A stretch of DNA of 64,000 nucleotides from Chrysomallon squamiferum (GCA_012295275.1 CM022673.1:4650001-4714000), one strand, 5' to 3'. Shown: positions 1 through 13,030, counted from the first letter of the stretch. The notes: a model not told the origin generated them from the letters alone. A program made the numbers and translations.

Positions 1-38
1 TCCGGTGTTGTTATTATTATTGTTGTTACTGTCAACAG

Positions 39-205
39 GTGCACCTTGTATCGGAACACATCTGGTGTGATGATTACCTGGTCCGCAGCTTTTACCTGAA
101 GAACCTACAGACTAACGAGACACGCACTGTGACCCAGTTCCACTTCCTCACCTGGCCTCACCTTGGTGTTCCCAGCTCCATCAAAGCTCTCCTGGATTTC
201 CGAAG
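39..205 (+). CDS. PTPRN: IA-2/PTPRN-family receptor PTP-like protein, internal exon (gene 5' part lies outside window)
   Basis: cag|GTG acceptor, AG|gtgag donor; translates [56 protein letters not shown], matching the IA-2/IA-2beta PTP domain. Confidence 0.96.
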
Positions 206-583
206 GTGAGTTCTGCCTGACCTAGTTAAATAAAATACTTTCAAAGCAAGAAGAACAAGAAGAAAGGATCCTTCTGAAAAAAATTATTAAATTTGTATTT
301 CAGATTAACATATGATTATAATCAAGCAAAAGATGATGTTTTCGGTGAACACATATCTGGTGTTTTGTTTTTAGACGTGCATCGCTGGATTTAATTCACA
401 CCTGTTGATAAATGGACATGGATGTATGAATGTTTAACTTCCACATTGCAGAATGCTGGTTCACACACTGATTCATACACAAGCATGCATGCATGCATGC
501 ACACACATAGATGCTCGCATCACACAAAACCATACTCAACCAAATTATCTGCCAGATATATCTACTTTTCATAATCCTCTCCG

Positions 584-616
<33 letters not shown>

Positions 617-1706
617 ATGTTTTGTATATACCAGCATATACAAGAGTGTTATAAATATACAAACATTTTAAAAATAGAGAATATACAATGGCATGGATTT
701 CTTCAATTAACCATGGTGTGAATTTTCATACTAATACTTATAATACATGCTTGCCAAAGCTTTTAGCTGGATTGCTGAATTAACATCTTTCTTCTAACCT
801 GTTGAAATTACTAAATTATTTAATTAAGGAGTTATGACAGTTTAACTTGTTTTAAATAACATTTTATCTGTTTTCTTAAAGTTTTCACTCACAGTTGTTG
901 AAATTTTCTTACTAATTTTAAAAATGAAACAAATCTATAGAATTTTTTTTTAGAAATCCAACGTTATGAATTTTCTAATTTTCATTTAGTTATGATTAGT
1001 TAATAATGTTTATGAAAGATTTGATTTAACAAAATTCAGTTATTGAATTCATAGAAAGCATTTAATAAAAGGACAAAAAGACTGTTGGATTTTTAATTTT
1101 ATTTGTTTCTTTAATCAAATATGAAAAAAATTTGTCAGTTTAATATCTCATTTCACATATTTATTATTATTTTTTTTTTTTGTTTGTTTGTTTTACAAAA
1201 ACAAAAATTAATCTAAGTAATTAATATCATTTCATATTTTCAATAGATTTCAGAAATTATTTGTGAAATTGCAAAAGAAATTAGTTTTTTGTTTAAATTT
1301 TATTAATAAAAAAAAAAATGGTTTGATGATGAAAGTAACAGATATTAATTTCTATTTTTTTATTTGATTAATTCTTCATTTTTATATATATATATTATTT
1401 TTTAATTATTTGTTTTTTAATTAAATAAAAATATTATTTTAAAAAGTACTATAAGGACCAAATTTTCATACTTTTCTTTCCTTCACTTTTACTAATAAAT
1501 AATAAATTAAAAAAAAAAATAATCATAACAAAACTTTGACATTACAGTTTCCAGTCTTTACGGGGTTTTTTTTCTTGTGCATTTGATTCAAAGGTTCTTT
1601 TAACCCCTTCTAGTTGAGTTGAGTTCACTGGTCACTTTAGCATTCTGCTTGCTGTTTAATCTCTTCTACACTTGACTAGTTTGGTCACTGACTTGCTACT
1701 AACTTT

Positions 1707-1790
1707 GCCAGCTACCCAGGCAGCTTTTGTGATTTAGCAATTGTACATTAGACAAATTGCATAGTCACAAAAGTGATCGGGGAGATGGCC
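1707..1790 (+). ncRNA. mir-153: pre-miR-153 hairpin (mature 3p arm 1757..1778), intronic in IA-2/PTPRN
   Basis: 1757..1778 TTGCATAGTCACAAAAGTGATC is the conserved mature miR-153; 5' arm 1721..1742 (CAGCTTTTGTGATTTAGCAATT) pairs with it; CNNC motif (CTAC) at 1794..1797. Confidence 0.96.
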
Positions 1791-1927
1791 TGCCTACTAA
1801 CTAACTGCTTGGTTTTTCGGGAATGGTGTTTTTTAATTATCTTCTCTTTTTTTTTTTAAATACCTCACTGCTTGTTCAAGAGTTGCCTGACTGACTGATG
1901 ATCTTGTTTCATAGCATCTTGAGAAAA

Positions 1928-2168
1928 GATTCACAGCATTTTGATGAATGATGATTCACAGCATCTTGATGAATGATGATTCACAGCATTCTTATACATG
2001 GTTCACGGCATTCTAGGAAACGATTCCTGTGACAGTTCGCAGAAAAATTTCATTGTATGTTGAAAAATGATTCGTGGGATCTTGTTAAATGTTTCAGATC
2101 TGATGTATGATTCACAGAGTCTGAGAACTGATTGCAGTAACCTCAGAAATGATTCACAGCATTCTGAT
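1928..2168. repeat. degenerate ~25-bp tandem repeat (TGATTCACAGCATTTTGATGAATGA-like)
   Basis: GATTCACAGCAT core and variants recur at roughly 25-nt spacing. Confidence 0.75.
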
Positions 2169-5100
2169 AAATTATAATAACAAAAATTAAATGCTTTGTA
2201 ACTTTGGTTTTGGTATCAGTTACCCAGAGTTTTGGTAGATTTCATAACTTGTTTTGTTTGATTTTTATTTATTTATTTATTTTATTTTTTTAGTTAATTT
2301 TATTGATTTTTAAAAAAAAATTATTTATTTTATTTTTATTTTTTAGGATTTTATAAGGAAAGTCATAATTAGAGAATATTATTGTAAAAAAACAAGAAAG
2401 AAAGAAAAAAAAACTGTCGCACAAATGAACTAATGTTCTATTTCATCTCTTATTGTCAATCAGACATTGTACTGCAAAAAACAAAATGAAAATCTAGTTG
2501 TTTGTTGGCCTTTTGCTGAGTTAATGTAGTGTCTAAAAAGACCAGTGATATATGGATATAATTATAAAGTTGTGAAACTGAAATAATACATATCCTCTCT
2601 CCAATTTGCTCTTGTCATAGATCATCAGTTATAATATTTTTAAAAATTATTGTAAGATAACATTTCTTTCACCTTTACACACTTAATACTACATCAAGAT
2701 TAGAATGTCAAAACATTATTTCTGTTTGTACACATTACAAATTAGACTCTAAAATTTCATCTTTTTTTTTTAAATACAACATATTTGTTTACAATGTTGA
2801 TGGATCATAGAATAATAAGTGATTTTTTTGTTCAACCCATTTTAATAAATGACAGAATGAAAAAAGAAAATAAGGCAGCGTAGAATCTATTGCTTTCTTT
2901 AAATTTAATAAAAAAAAAAATTATAAAAATAAATATATGTATTATGTTTATTGGTTAAGTTTTAAATGTTGACAATAGGTAAAAAAAAAGAACCCCAAAA
3001 AGACTTTAAAATAATCAAAACAGTAAAAAATATAGCAGTGTAAAATTGATCCTTCTTTGATTTTTAAGATTTTTTTTCTGTAGGAGGGATGTTTGTTATT
3101 TGTTCCACTTTTTTATTTTTATTTTTATTTTTATTTTTTACATAACCAGTGACAATAAAGAGTGTTTTACAAAATTATTTATCAGTTTTTAAAAATCGAC
3201 TCACAATACAGCAGCATCATTTAAAATTTCACCATCTCACCTTTTTTTTTTTTTTTTTCTCTTTTTTTCTCTTCTTCTGTTAAATATTTTTTGGTATAAC
3301 ACTGTTAATGGATTATTGAAAAGCAACACAAGCTGGCTGAGTGGAATAAATTGATACTCTTCTCAGCCTAGAATGAAGACTTTCTCCGAGCTTATTTCAC
3401 TGGTGTCTGTCGCTGCCCTAATTGAGATTGATGGCACACCGTGAAGCTGATAGCAATGAATCTTGAGTAACAAGACCAGCAGAAATGTGCAGAATACATT
3501 ACAAGTCCAACACTCTCGATCAATTATTATCTATCATCACAGGGTTTGTCGATGGAGAGCGGTCACTAAGCTGACATTTAAATGTGCTGTAATGTGCCAG
3601 CAGGGTCGACTCATGCCAAAAGGTCATCTTGTTTTAAAAGAGTTTTGAAACTAGTTTTTTTTTTTTTTTTTTTTAAACTAGTTTAAAAACAGTGAACTGG
3701 TTAAAAAGGTTAAGGTGGAAACTGATGGAGGAAATATTGTTGACAGTTTTTTGGGTTTGATGTTTTTTTAGAAGACATGCAATAAATATTCTCATTGTTC
3801 AACCTAAAGATGAGTTTATGTTTTTATTTGAGTTAGGAGTTAGTTAATAATCTGAAGGACAAAAGTGTACGAAAATCGTTCAGGTTTTTTTTTTTTTTTG
3901 TTGTTGTTGTTGCTTGATTTTAAATAAATATAACAGTATACATTATCATTCTTTGATACCTAAAAAAATTTTTTTCACATTTATTACTATTATAGTTAAT
4001 TAATTTGAATATATCTGGCAATATATGATCACATCATCTCAAGCATAAATTGTTCTGTGAATAGATAACTGAACATGTGCATTATCTTCTTTACGCTGTA
4101 AAGCTTTAATCTGATAACCAAGAACTGATGCATTCTATTTTAACAAAGATAATTCATCAAACAGACGTAGCCAGTCCACCACGTTTGTAACAGGATACTT
4201 CCAAGTCATGACCACGCACTAATGTAACCACCACGGTCATCACGTTCTTCAACCTTCAACACTGCACGAAGTTCAGAAGCTTCGGAAGTCCCTCAGTGAA
4301 GCTCATTTCTCTGAATAGATGGGACATCATTAGAAGCTTCTCGCCATTCTCCGTTCCAACGTTGCAGTAGTTTTTCTGCTGCGGTCGTGGCAGCAGTGAG
4401 ATGAGAAGTTGACACTGGCAATCAATTATCATTTATCATTTGTTTGTGAAGCAAAGATGTGTCTTATCTGGGGCTCCCTGTAATGACTTGTCACATTAAT
4501 GGTTTGTCTTCTTAATCAACAAAGCAATTCTCTCGTGTGACTTCAGCACAGCCCAGTTTAAATCTTCAAACACTTAGATGGGAGTCGAGGGAATTTCGTT
4601 TTAATTACTGAGTTCAGATTTGACAGCTGGAGGTCTCATTTTTTGAAAACATTTTCAAGTTTTATTAAAATGTTCATTTTATTGTGAAGGTTTTATTCGT
4701 TTGTTTGTTTTAATTAATTCAGATTCATGGCAGAATTTGTGTTATTTCAGTAAATTGATTTGTTTATAAGAATCATTTGATTAATTCAGATATATGGTGG
4801 AATTTAGATTATTTCATTAACAAAATATGTATGTTTACTTGAGTAAAGAATTTCTTTATTCCCAGAAGAACTTCAGGCTTTATTCTTTTTGTTTGTGCTA
4901 AAGGTTTTGTTTGTTTTGTGATGATTTTTTTTTTTTTAAATGGTCATCTGCTTTAATATATAAATGAATAATAAATGGTTTTATTTAACTTTGTTAATGG
5001 ATCAACATTTAATTATTTATTTTGAAAGTTCAAAGAAAAAACCCAGATATACTTTTATATAAAAACTTTGCACTCTTTGACCATAAGTCAACTTTTTTTT

Positions 5101-5185
5101 TTTTTTTTTTTTTTTTTTCCTCTTTTATAAAGCAACCCATCCTCAGAAATCTATTTTCAAAACAACCTTTACACTCTCTGGCCTT

Positions 5186-5216
<31 letters not shown>

Positions 5217-6296
5217 GGACCCTAAATAGAACATCTCAGCAAGCTTGGGGAACTTTTAATCTTGTATCAGTTACAAGGATGTCCTCCTCATCTCTGTCTG
5301 ATGTATGTGACCAGTCTGGGTCACAGGAGATCCTGTTGTTACTCCAATTAGGATAAATCAGGGTAGATAATTGATAGTGGACATGACAATAAAGTAAATT
5401 AGCCAATAAGACTAGGGGGGAACATAATGACCATGTCATATTCCTGGCAGTAACTGTTATTTTAACAAATCAATGTGGGATTAATTTTATAGACTGAGTT
5501 CTGTTCTGATTGTAATCAGAGTCTGATGTTCAAACACATAATTCTGGTGCCCGTTTTCACTAAATCTTTTCATGTATTGTTAATGGCCCCCTACTGATTA
5601 TTTTGGTCATTGTTTGCTGCAGCCATTATTTTCAGTAAAAACAGTATTGTCAGAAATTAAAGCTGATTTGAGTTAACTAATGCTAAATATGTAAAAGTCA
5701 TGGCATGTGTCCGATATTTCACTGACATGTTCTGGATTGGTTGTTGGTGTAGCTTTTGTAAATACCAGTGAAATCATATTTAACTCTAATACTAACATTA
5801 TAGTTTATTTTTATTTTTTTTAATAAATATTATTACTTTTTTTTTTTTTTTGGATATGTAATTTTTATAATATATATTTAGAAGAAAAAATAAAAAGTAA
5901 ATCAGTGTTATTTTTATCAGTTTCATAATGACGATGTTGTATGTCATGTCATTTATTTATCATATATAAGTAAGTATATTCCTATAATCTAGTTCTATAG
6001 TGTTTCTATGTGAATTTTAAATATGTTCCTATTTTTATTTGATTTTCTTTATAATTATATGATTTTGTGACTTGTTTTTATAATTAAGTAATAAAGCAGG
6101 TAAAGACGAATGTCATTGTTAAGGATGTTCTGTACCTATAATTTTTGTTAATTTTTCAGATGTTTTAATTTTTTAAATTTAATTTATTGTATTTATTTAT
6201 ATGTTTATTTTATTTATCTGTTTATGGTTATTTTTATTTATTTATTTATGTTTATTTTTATTTATTTATTTATTTATTTATTTATTATTATTATTA

Positions 6297-6332
<36 letters not shown>

Positions 6333-8477
6333 TCACATATATTTATTGGCTTTTTAAATCAAATTTAAAAAAAAAAATCAGTAATACAATACTTTTTAGT
6401 GGCAAAATTAACCTTTCTGATTCATTCTACAATTATTTCTATAAATAACACTTAAAATGAAAATAATCACACAACTGTAGGAACATATTTCATGTTAGAA
6501 CTTCAAAGCTTGATACTGCTGAAGAATTATTTTACTATAATAGCCATGTTTTAGAATCAGAAAACTAAAACAGTGTTGAACTATTTGTAATAAATAACAA
6601 TAAACACTTTTATTATTTGAACAACAACATTGTTTTATTATCTGTAATTAAAAAAAAAAAAAAAAAAAAACACCTAAAACAATGTTAAATTCACCAAATC
6701 TGACTGTTTTATAAATTGTAATAAATAAAATAAATATATATTATTAAAATTAAATTTAAAAAAATGTTATATTAATTGTAGTAAATAACTAAAACACTGT
6801 TATGTTCAGCAGTCATGGTTTTGTTTTGTTATTTGTAATAGTATGTGTGGTGTTGACAGTGAATATGAAGCCAGCAATTAATTCTATTTTTGGAAATTAC
6901 TGACTGAGTTTTTCCTACTTGTAACAAACAGACAGGAAATTTCCCAGACAACCCTCATCCATGCAGTTGTATATTCTTGTTAAAATTAAGACCACTCTCC
7001 ATGGATTTGATTTTTTCTTTACTTTAATTTTTGATTTCAATTTTTAAAATTTTAAAGTATTTTTTTATTTAATATCATTAATATTTTTTAAATACACTCA
7101 TATTCTCTAACAAGTGTATAATACATGAATAGCCCAGACAAAAATCTCAGATATTTGTTGTTATTTATACAGATCATTGATTCTGGCTATTTTGAACATG
7201 AAATGTTTTGTATGTGTGTTCAGTTATGTGTCTTTGCGTGTGCATGTACATGTGTTTGTGTTTGGCTGTGTAACTCTGTGTATATCTGTTGTACAGCAAT
7301 AACATCAGCAGTGTACATGTGTCTGTCTGTATAGAACTGTGGCTGTAACACAGTATTTTTTTTCTCCAAAATACACGTCTTCACATTCTTCTTGTCAGTC
7401 AACTCATAACAACACGTCAGAGGGTAATTCAGATGCCATACAAAGATATAAAACACAATAATAATTCTTTAGAGAAATGTTAACGTGTGACTTGATTTCC
7501 TTTCTCGGCACAAAGGAAAATATCAGTCTTTGGCAAAACAATCGCTTGGAGAAACCTGGAGCGAGAGCGTTCATTGTCCAAGACATCTCGACTCCCAAGC
7601 AGCTCCTGGCCTTCTGATCCATTATCAAAGATTGCATTACACTCACAGTTGATTGCAGCCTTATTGAGTTCTCCAGTGAATCTCTACAACATCTGAATAT
7701 GCATTTATTTTATTCATAGGAGGAAGGAATTTGAGAAGAAATCCAAGTTAATGAAGCCATGTACGTTTGTCGCTAAGAGACGCATGATTTGTCTTCTTTT
7801 CTTTTCTTTTTTTTCTTTTCTTCATCATCAAGGTGTCAGTTGCATTTTACTCATTACTTTGGCCAAGAAGAAGAAGAAGAAGAAAAGTTCTTTGTTCACG
7901 TGCCTTCATTACTGTATATTGTTTTTATTCTCGATAGTCGGGATAAAAATCATTTCTTTTGTCATCAGTTGTATTGTTTCCCAAAGCAGAATGGATTTTT
8001 TATTGTTTCTTACATTATTTTAAGTCGGAGAGTTTTTTCTTGTTTTCTTTTTTTTGTGGAGATTTTTTTTTATATATATGAAAAGAATATATATATATTT
8101 TATCTTAATATTTATTATTCATTACAGAGAGTGGTATTGTCATTAATAAAGTAATGAATACTGTAATAAATAAAAAATTAATATATATATATATTTTGTT
8201 TTGTTGTTGTGTTATGTGTGTTTGTATATGTGTGTGCACTCACATATTTGTATGCATGTAATGTATGTGTTATATTTCATTTTATTAATGACCTAGTGAA
8301 AATATATATTAATTTAAGGATTTCAAATATAGATTATAACCACATTTTCATACATGTAACTCAAATATCAACAGATAGCCATTTTCAAGAAATATTATTA
8401 TGTATCGTCTTGCCTTCATTGTAACCTGAATAGATTTAACTAATTTTTTTTTTTTTTTTTTAAATTTTGTCTTTCAG

Positions 8478-8531
8478 GAAGGTAAACAAATCTTACAGAG
8501 GACGATCTTGCCCCATTGTGGTTCACTGCAG
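8478..8531 (+). CDS. PTPRN: IA-2/PTPRN exon (KVNKSYRGRSCPIVVHCS)
   Basis: tttcag| acceptor, |gtttga donor; phase 2/2 consistent with neighbours; start of the PTP signature motif. Confidence 0.95.
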
Positions 8532-8985
8532 GTTTGAGCTTTACATTAAATTAATTTTCTCAGTCTCGTTGATTCTTTAATAAATGTATTCATAGAATGT
8601 GATGCATTCAAAATACATAGAGCAAATACAGTGTTTGTTTCTTTTTAATGATGATGTTAATAATAACAGAAATGGGAACATTAGATTTATTGTTTTATAT
8701 AATAAATTTAAAATCTAAATTTTATGAATGAAGCACTTTCAAAGTAACTGTTTTAAACTTGATTTTATAAATTAATTTAATTTTTTTTTGGGTGGGGGAT
8801 TTTTTTGAGATTTAGATTTTAGGTTTGAGATTTACATTAAATTAGAGTAATTCTCTGTCTCATAAATTATTTCACATATCTTGTGTGATAATGATGTTTA
8901 TTCATAGAAAGTCATGCATTCAGCATATAGTGTAAATACAGTGTTTCTTTTTAATGATGATAATAAAAATAATAGAAGTAATCAT

Positions 8986-9132
8986 AATAATAGTAATAGT
9001 ATGAATAGCAGTAATAATTAAAAAAAAGAAGTAAAAATCACAGTACTAGCATTCATAATAGTAATAGTATGAATAGCAGTAATAATTAAAAAAAAGAAGT
9101 AAAAATCACAGTACTAGCATTCATAATAGTAA
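8986..9132. repeat. near-perfect ~68-bp tandem duplication in intron
   Basis: ATAATAGTAATAGTATGAATAGCAGTAATAATTAAAAAAAAGAAGTAAAAATCACAGTACTAGCATTC occurs twice in tandem. Confidence 0.85.
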
Positions 9133-9389
9133 CTGTAAATTATGAACTTGTTGTTAAAACAATAGTAATAAGAATAATTGTACTGAAAATAATAGTAACA
9201 ATAAAATATTAAAACATAGTAATAAAAGTAACAGTATTCATATTAGTAACTTAAATTAATAATTTGATTAATTATTAAAAGTAATAACAGTACCAGTTAC
9301 AAACAGTAATCCAAAACTGCTACATTCCTTTATTTTCATTATTTGATTTGTTTGGTTTTTTAAATAAATTTATTTTACTCTTATTTCAG

Positions 9390-9454
9390 TGATGGTTGTG
9401 GCCGAACTGGTACTTACTGCCTGATTGACATGGTTCTTAACAGAATGGCCAAAG
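9390..9454 (+). CDS. PTPRN: IA-2/PTPRN exon (DGCGRTGTYCLIDMVLNRMAKG)
   Basis: tttcag| and |gtaggt; completes the HCSDGCGRTG signature. Confidence 0.95.
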
Positions 9455-9570
9455 GTAGGTGTTGTCATGGTTACAAGACATGTAGTAGTGTGTGAACACA
9501 ATTATTTCTTCAGTGTTCTTGAAAATAAAGAGATTTATTTATTTATGTGTGTGTCCTTTGCATGTGCGAT

Positions 9571-9635
<65 letters not shown>

Positions 9636-9844
9636 TTGTGAAACAAGTAGAGATTAGGTGAGGGGAAAAAAAAAAAAGATTTATGTTATTTGTGGTTCTT
9701 TAATTTTCTTTAATTTTTAATTTTTATTTCCTGGAAGGATAGTAGTTTGCTTTTTTTTTCAGAAGATTAATTATTATTCATCTCATTGTATAATGTAATC
9801 TTTATTATTTGTTTAAATGCTTATTTATTTTTATTTCTGTCTAG

Positions 9845-9918
9845 GAGCCAAGGAAATCGACATGGCTGCAACACTGGAGCATATTCGGGATCAGAGAATG
9901 GCAATGGCTAAGACTAAG
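9845..9918 (+). CDS. PTPRN: IA-2/PTPRN exon (AKEIDMAATLEHIRDQRMAMAKTK)
   Basis: tctag| and |gtaatt; matches IA-2 EIDIAATLEHVRDQR. Confidence 0.95.
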
Positions 9919-10412
9919 GTAATTTTATAGTCTAATAATAAACTTAGCAAACCATATTATTTGTTCATAAGAATATTACTGGTTGTTATAAAGAACAGTG
10001 TTGATGTCTAATTCATCTTCCCAGTAATTTGAAATATCCACGTAGTATAAGGAGCTTAATTTAAGATTTGGAACATTTTTCATACCACAAAAAATTAATG
10101 TAGAGTTATTTCCCTTGGCTTTGCTTAGTGCTCTGTTTACTACAAAGATTTGTTATTTTATTATTTATTATTATTATTATTATTACTGTTATTATTATTT
10201 ATTATTAATATTGTTGTTGTATTTTTTAAGAATTCTTTTTAAAATTTATATTTCAAAAATTTAAGAATATTTAAATCTTTGCAGAAGATACATCAAATTA
10301 GAATCAATCATTGTTTTAGTTTTCTCAAACCCTTTCTTTTTTCATTTTTTTTTTCAAAATAATTTATTTACTCACCTATTCACTAATTTATTCATTTATT
10401 TATTCATTTCAG

Positions 10413-10484
10413 GAACAGTTCCAGTTCTCCCTGGCAGCTGTTGCTGAAGAGGTTCATGCAATTCTGAAGGCTCTGCCCCAGTGA
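10413..10484 (+). CDS. PTPRN: IA-2/PTPRN terminal coding exon (EQFQFSLAAVAEEVHAILKALPQ*)
   Basis: tttcag| acceptor, TGA at 10482..10484; C-terminal AILKALPQ is diagnostic of IA-2. Confidence 0.96.
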   Translation, partial: EQFQFSLAAVAEEVHAILKALPQ

Positions 10485-12625
10485 TGGACACACCCTCTGT
10501 AACCGTGACACCAGAAACTGACTCCACACTTGAGACATGAATTGATCTAGATAATTAAACAAAATACTTGTGTTGTTTTTGGCTAACACTGTAATAGTTC
10601 TACCATGTACGTACAAATAACAAGGACTCCAAAGAGCGTAAACACAAAATATGTGGGTAAACATGTTTACAAGTGGGGAAATTTATAAAAAAAAAAAAAA
10701 AAGAGAGAGAGAAAAGAAGACATCATTATTATATTGGTGGTGATTTTTTTTTTTTTTTGTATTGTAAAAGTGACCAGTCAAAAATGTTTTCCAAATTTTG
10801 AAAATATTGTTGCATATTTAGATGTTGCAATAAATAATTTAGAAATTTAAAAAAAAAAAAAAAAAACAGATGTTAATAATTGTTCTTTTATTGAGCAAAA
10901 TTATTTACAGATTTCAATCATTAAATGTTTTCAAGTCATTGAAACATTTTATAGTATTTTTTTATTATCATTCTATCAAAAATTTTCATCAGAATTATCA
11001 TAATAATTTATATTTGGTGAATCCTTAAATTGAATAGTGGTCTTAAATCAAAATTATGTCTGTTCACAAAATTTCTCTGGAAATCATTTCAACTGGTCAC
11101 TGTATATGTTGAAATAATGTTTCTTTTTTTTTTTTTTTTTTTTTGATTTGTTTGTTTTTGTTATTAAATACGAAGCTAGAAAAATTAAATGGGAAGGTTT
11201 ATTCAGACCTATCAGAATAATCTTTTGGAGAAAACAAACCGGTCTGTTGTTCTAGAAAGCACTAAAACAAGAATGGTGACAGAACATGAGCGTCTAAAGA
11301 TGAAATCTGACTGATGCGTCTGCTAAACGGTGTCAACATACTAAATCACCCCCCACCCAACCCCACTCACCCTCAATTGTAGAAATGGTTGTAACTTTGT
11401 TAGTCTTCTCTTCTTTTTCTTTCTTTCTTTAAGTGTGTTGATTATATTAAAATAAACTTTAGCCGTGTGATGTTAAGTGTTTTCACTTCTGTCGTTTGGC
11501 TCTAATTTTTTTCCCATTCCAACATTCCAGAATCATTAAAAAAAAAAAACAGGATAAAAAAAAACAACAAATGTTTGATTATTTATTCTTATTTAATTAT
11601 TAATTAATTAAATCAAAATTTAATTAAGGAGGACCAATTAATTAATATCTTTTCATTGTCATTTGATATTTTTGGGGAAAATTTATTGTTTAGTGTAATA
11701 ACTTTAAAATTATCTTTTGAATGAAGGACTTCCAAGTAACTGGTTTAAATTTTATTTTCTTAATTAATTAATTAATTTATTTTTTTTTTTTTAGTATAGA
11801 TTCAATTTTTATTTTTATTATTTTTTATTATTATTTTTTATTTTTATTTTTATTTTTATTTATTTATTTATTTATTTATTTATAAACTTGGTTTTTATTT
11901 TTTTAAAAAAAAAATTTGTTTTATTATTTTTTTAAATAAAAGGTGCATTTTAAACTGGCAGCAAAAATTAATTGGAAAATAAAATGTATAATTCCTTGTT
12001 TTTATTAAGTGCAATATTTTCTATGAGTTTTTGAAACAAAAAAGAAATGATAGTAATAAAAGTCTAATCCCTAATATTTTGTAGCAGTTGATTTTATATT
12101 ATTATTATTATTATTATAAAAGCTTTTTTTTCAGATCCTAACATCTTCACTTAGTATAGTATTAGATATATTTATTTTTAAAAAATGTTAATATATTTTA
12201 TATTGAAATAAATACATAAAAATTATTTACATTTATCATTGCTTTTGTTATAAAGTAAAATTAAAATACTAACTAACTGAAAAAAAAAAATTAAATTAAA
12301 TATGTTTAAAAATTTAAACAGAAGATTAGTTATTTCTTCGATTTCTTTTTTATTAGTGACATTTTTTAATTATTATTTTTATTTCTTTAGGACAATTTAA
12401 TTTTTTAATTATTTAAAAACTGCTGCGATCTGTCATAGATGTTTGTGGAGCACAATTTAAAACACCAAAAAATAAATAAAAAGAGGCAGTTTTACAATAT
12501 TGTAAAAATAATTCCTCTAGTCATGCATATTAAAATTTCCTAAATCATTCTTAATAACAAAAGTAATGTTTATGTATTTAATAACCATATATTTTGAATT
12601 ATATTAAAAAGAAATTTAAAATTAC

Positions 12626-12674
<49 letters not shown>

Positions 12675-12992
12675 GTTGTGTTGCACTAATTAACCAAAAA
12701 GAAAATAAAGTAAATTTTTGAAACAACCAAATAATTATAATTATATAATAAATAAAATAATTGAAATAAATAAATAAAAATAAAAACCATATAATTTGGA
12801 AAATAAAGAGCTTATGAATTCTGATTAAAAAATTAAATAAAAAGTAATAATACAAAAAGAAATTAAAAATTATGAAATATTAAATTAAATGACTTGTAAA
12901 TTATTGGTAATTTCTTAAAGATCTCTTCAAATTTTTGGAAAATCTATTTCATGTATTTATTGCTATGGACTTTATGATGAATTAACCTTGCT

Positions 12993-13023
<31 letters not shown>

Positions 13024-13030
13024 TTATTAA

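Noticed and set aside
4266-4290. GAA/TTC cluster as a heat-shock element
   Set aside because: Only one GAAnnTTC pair has correct spacing; the flanking triplets are 1 nt apart rather than 2.
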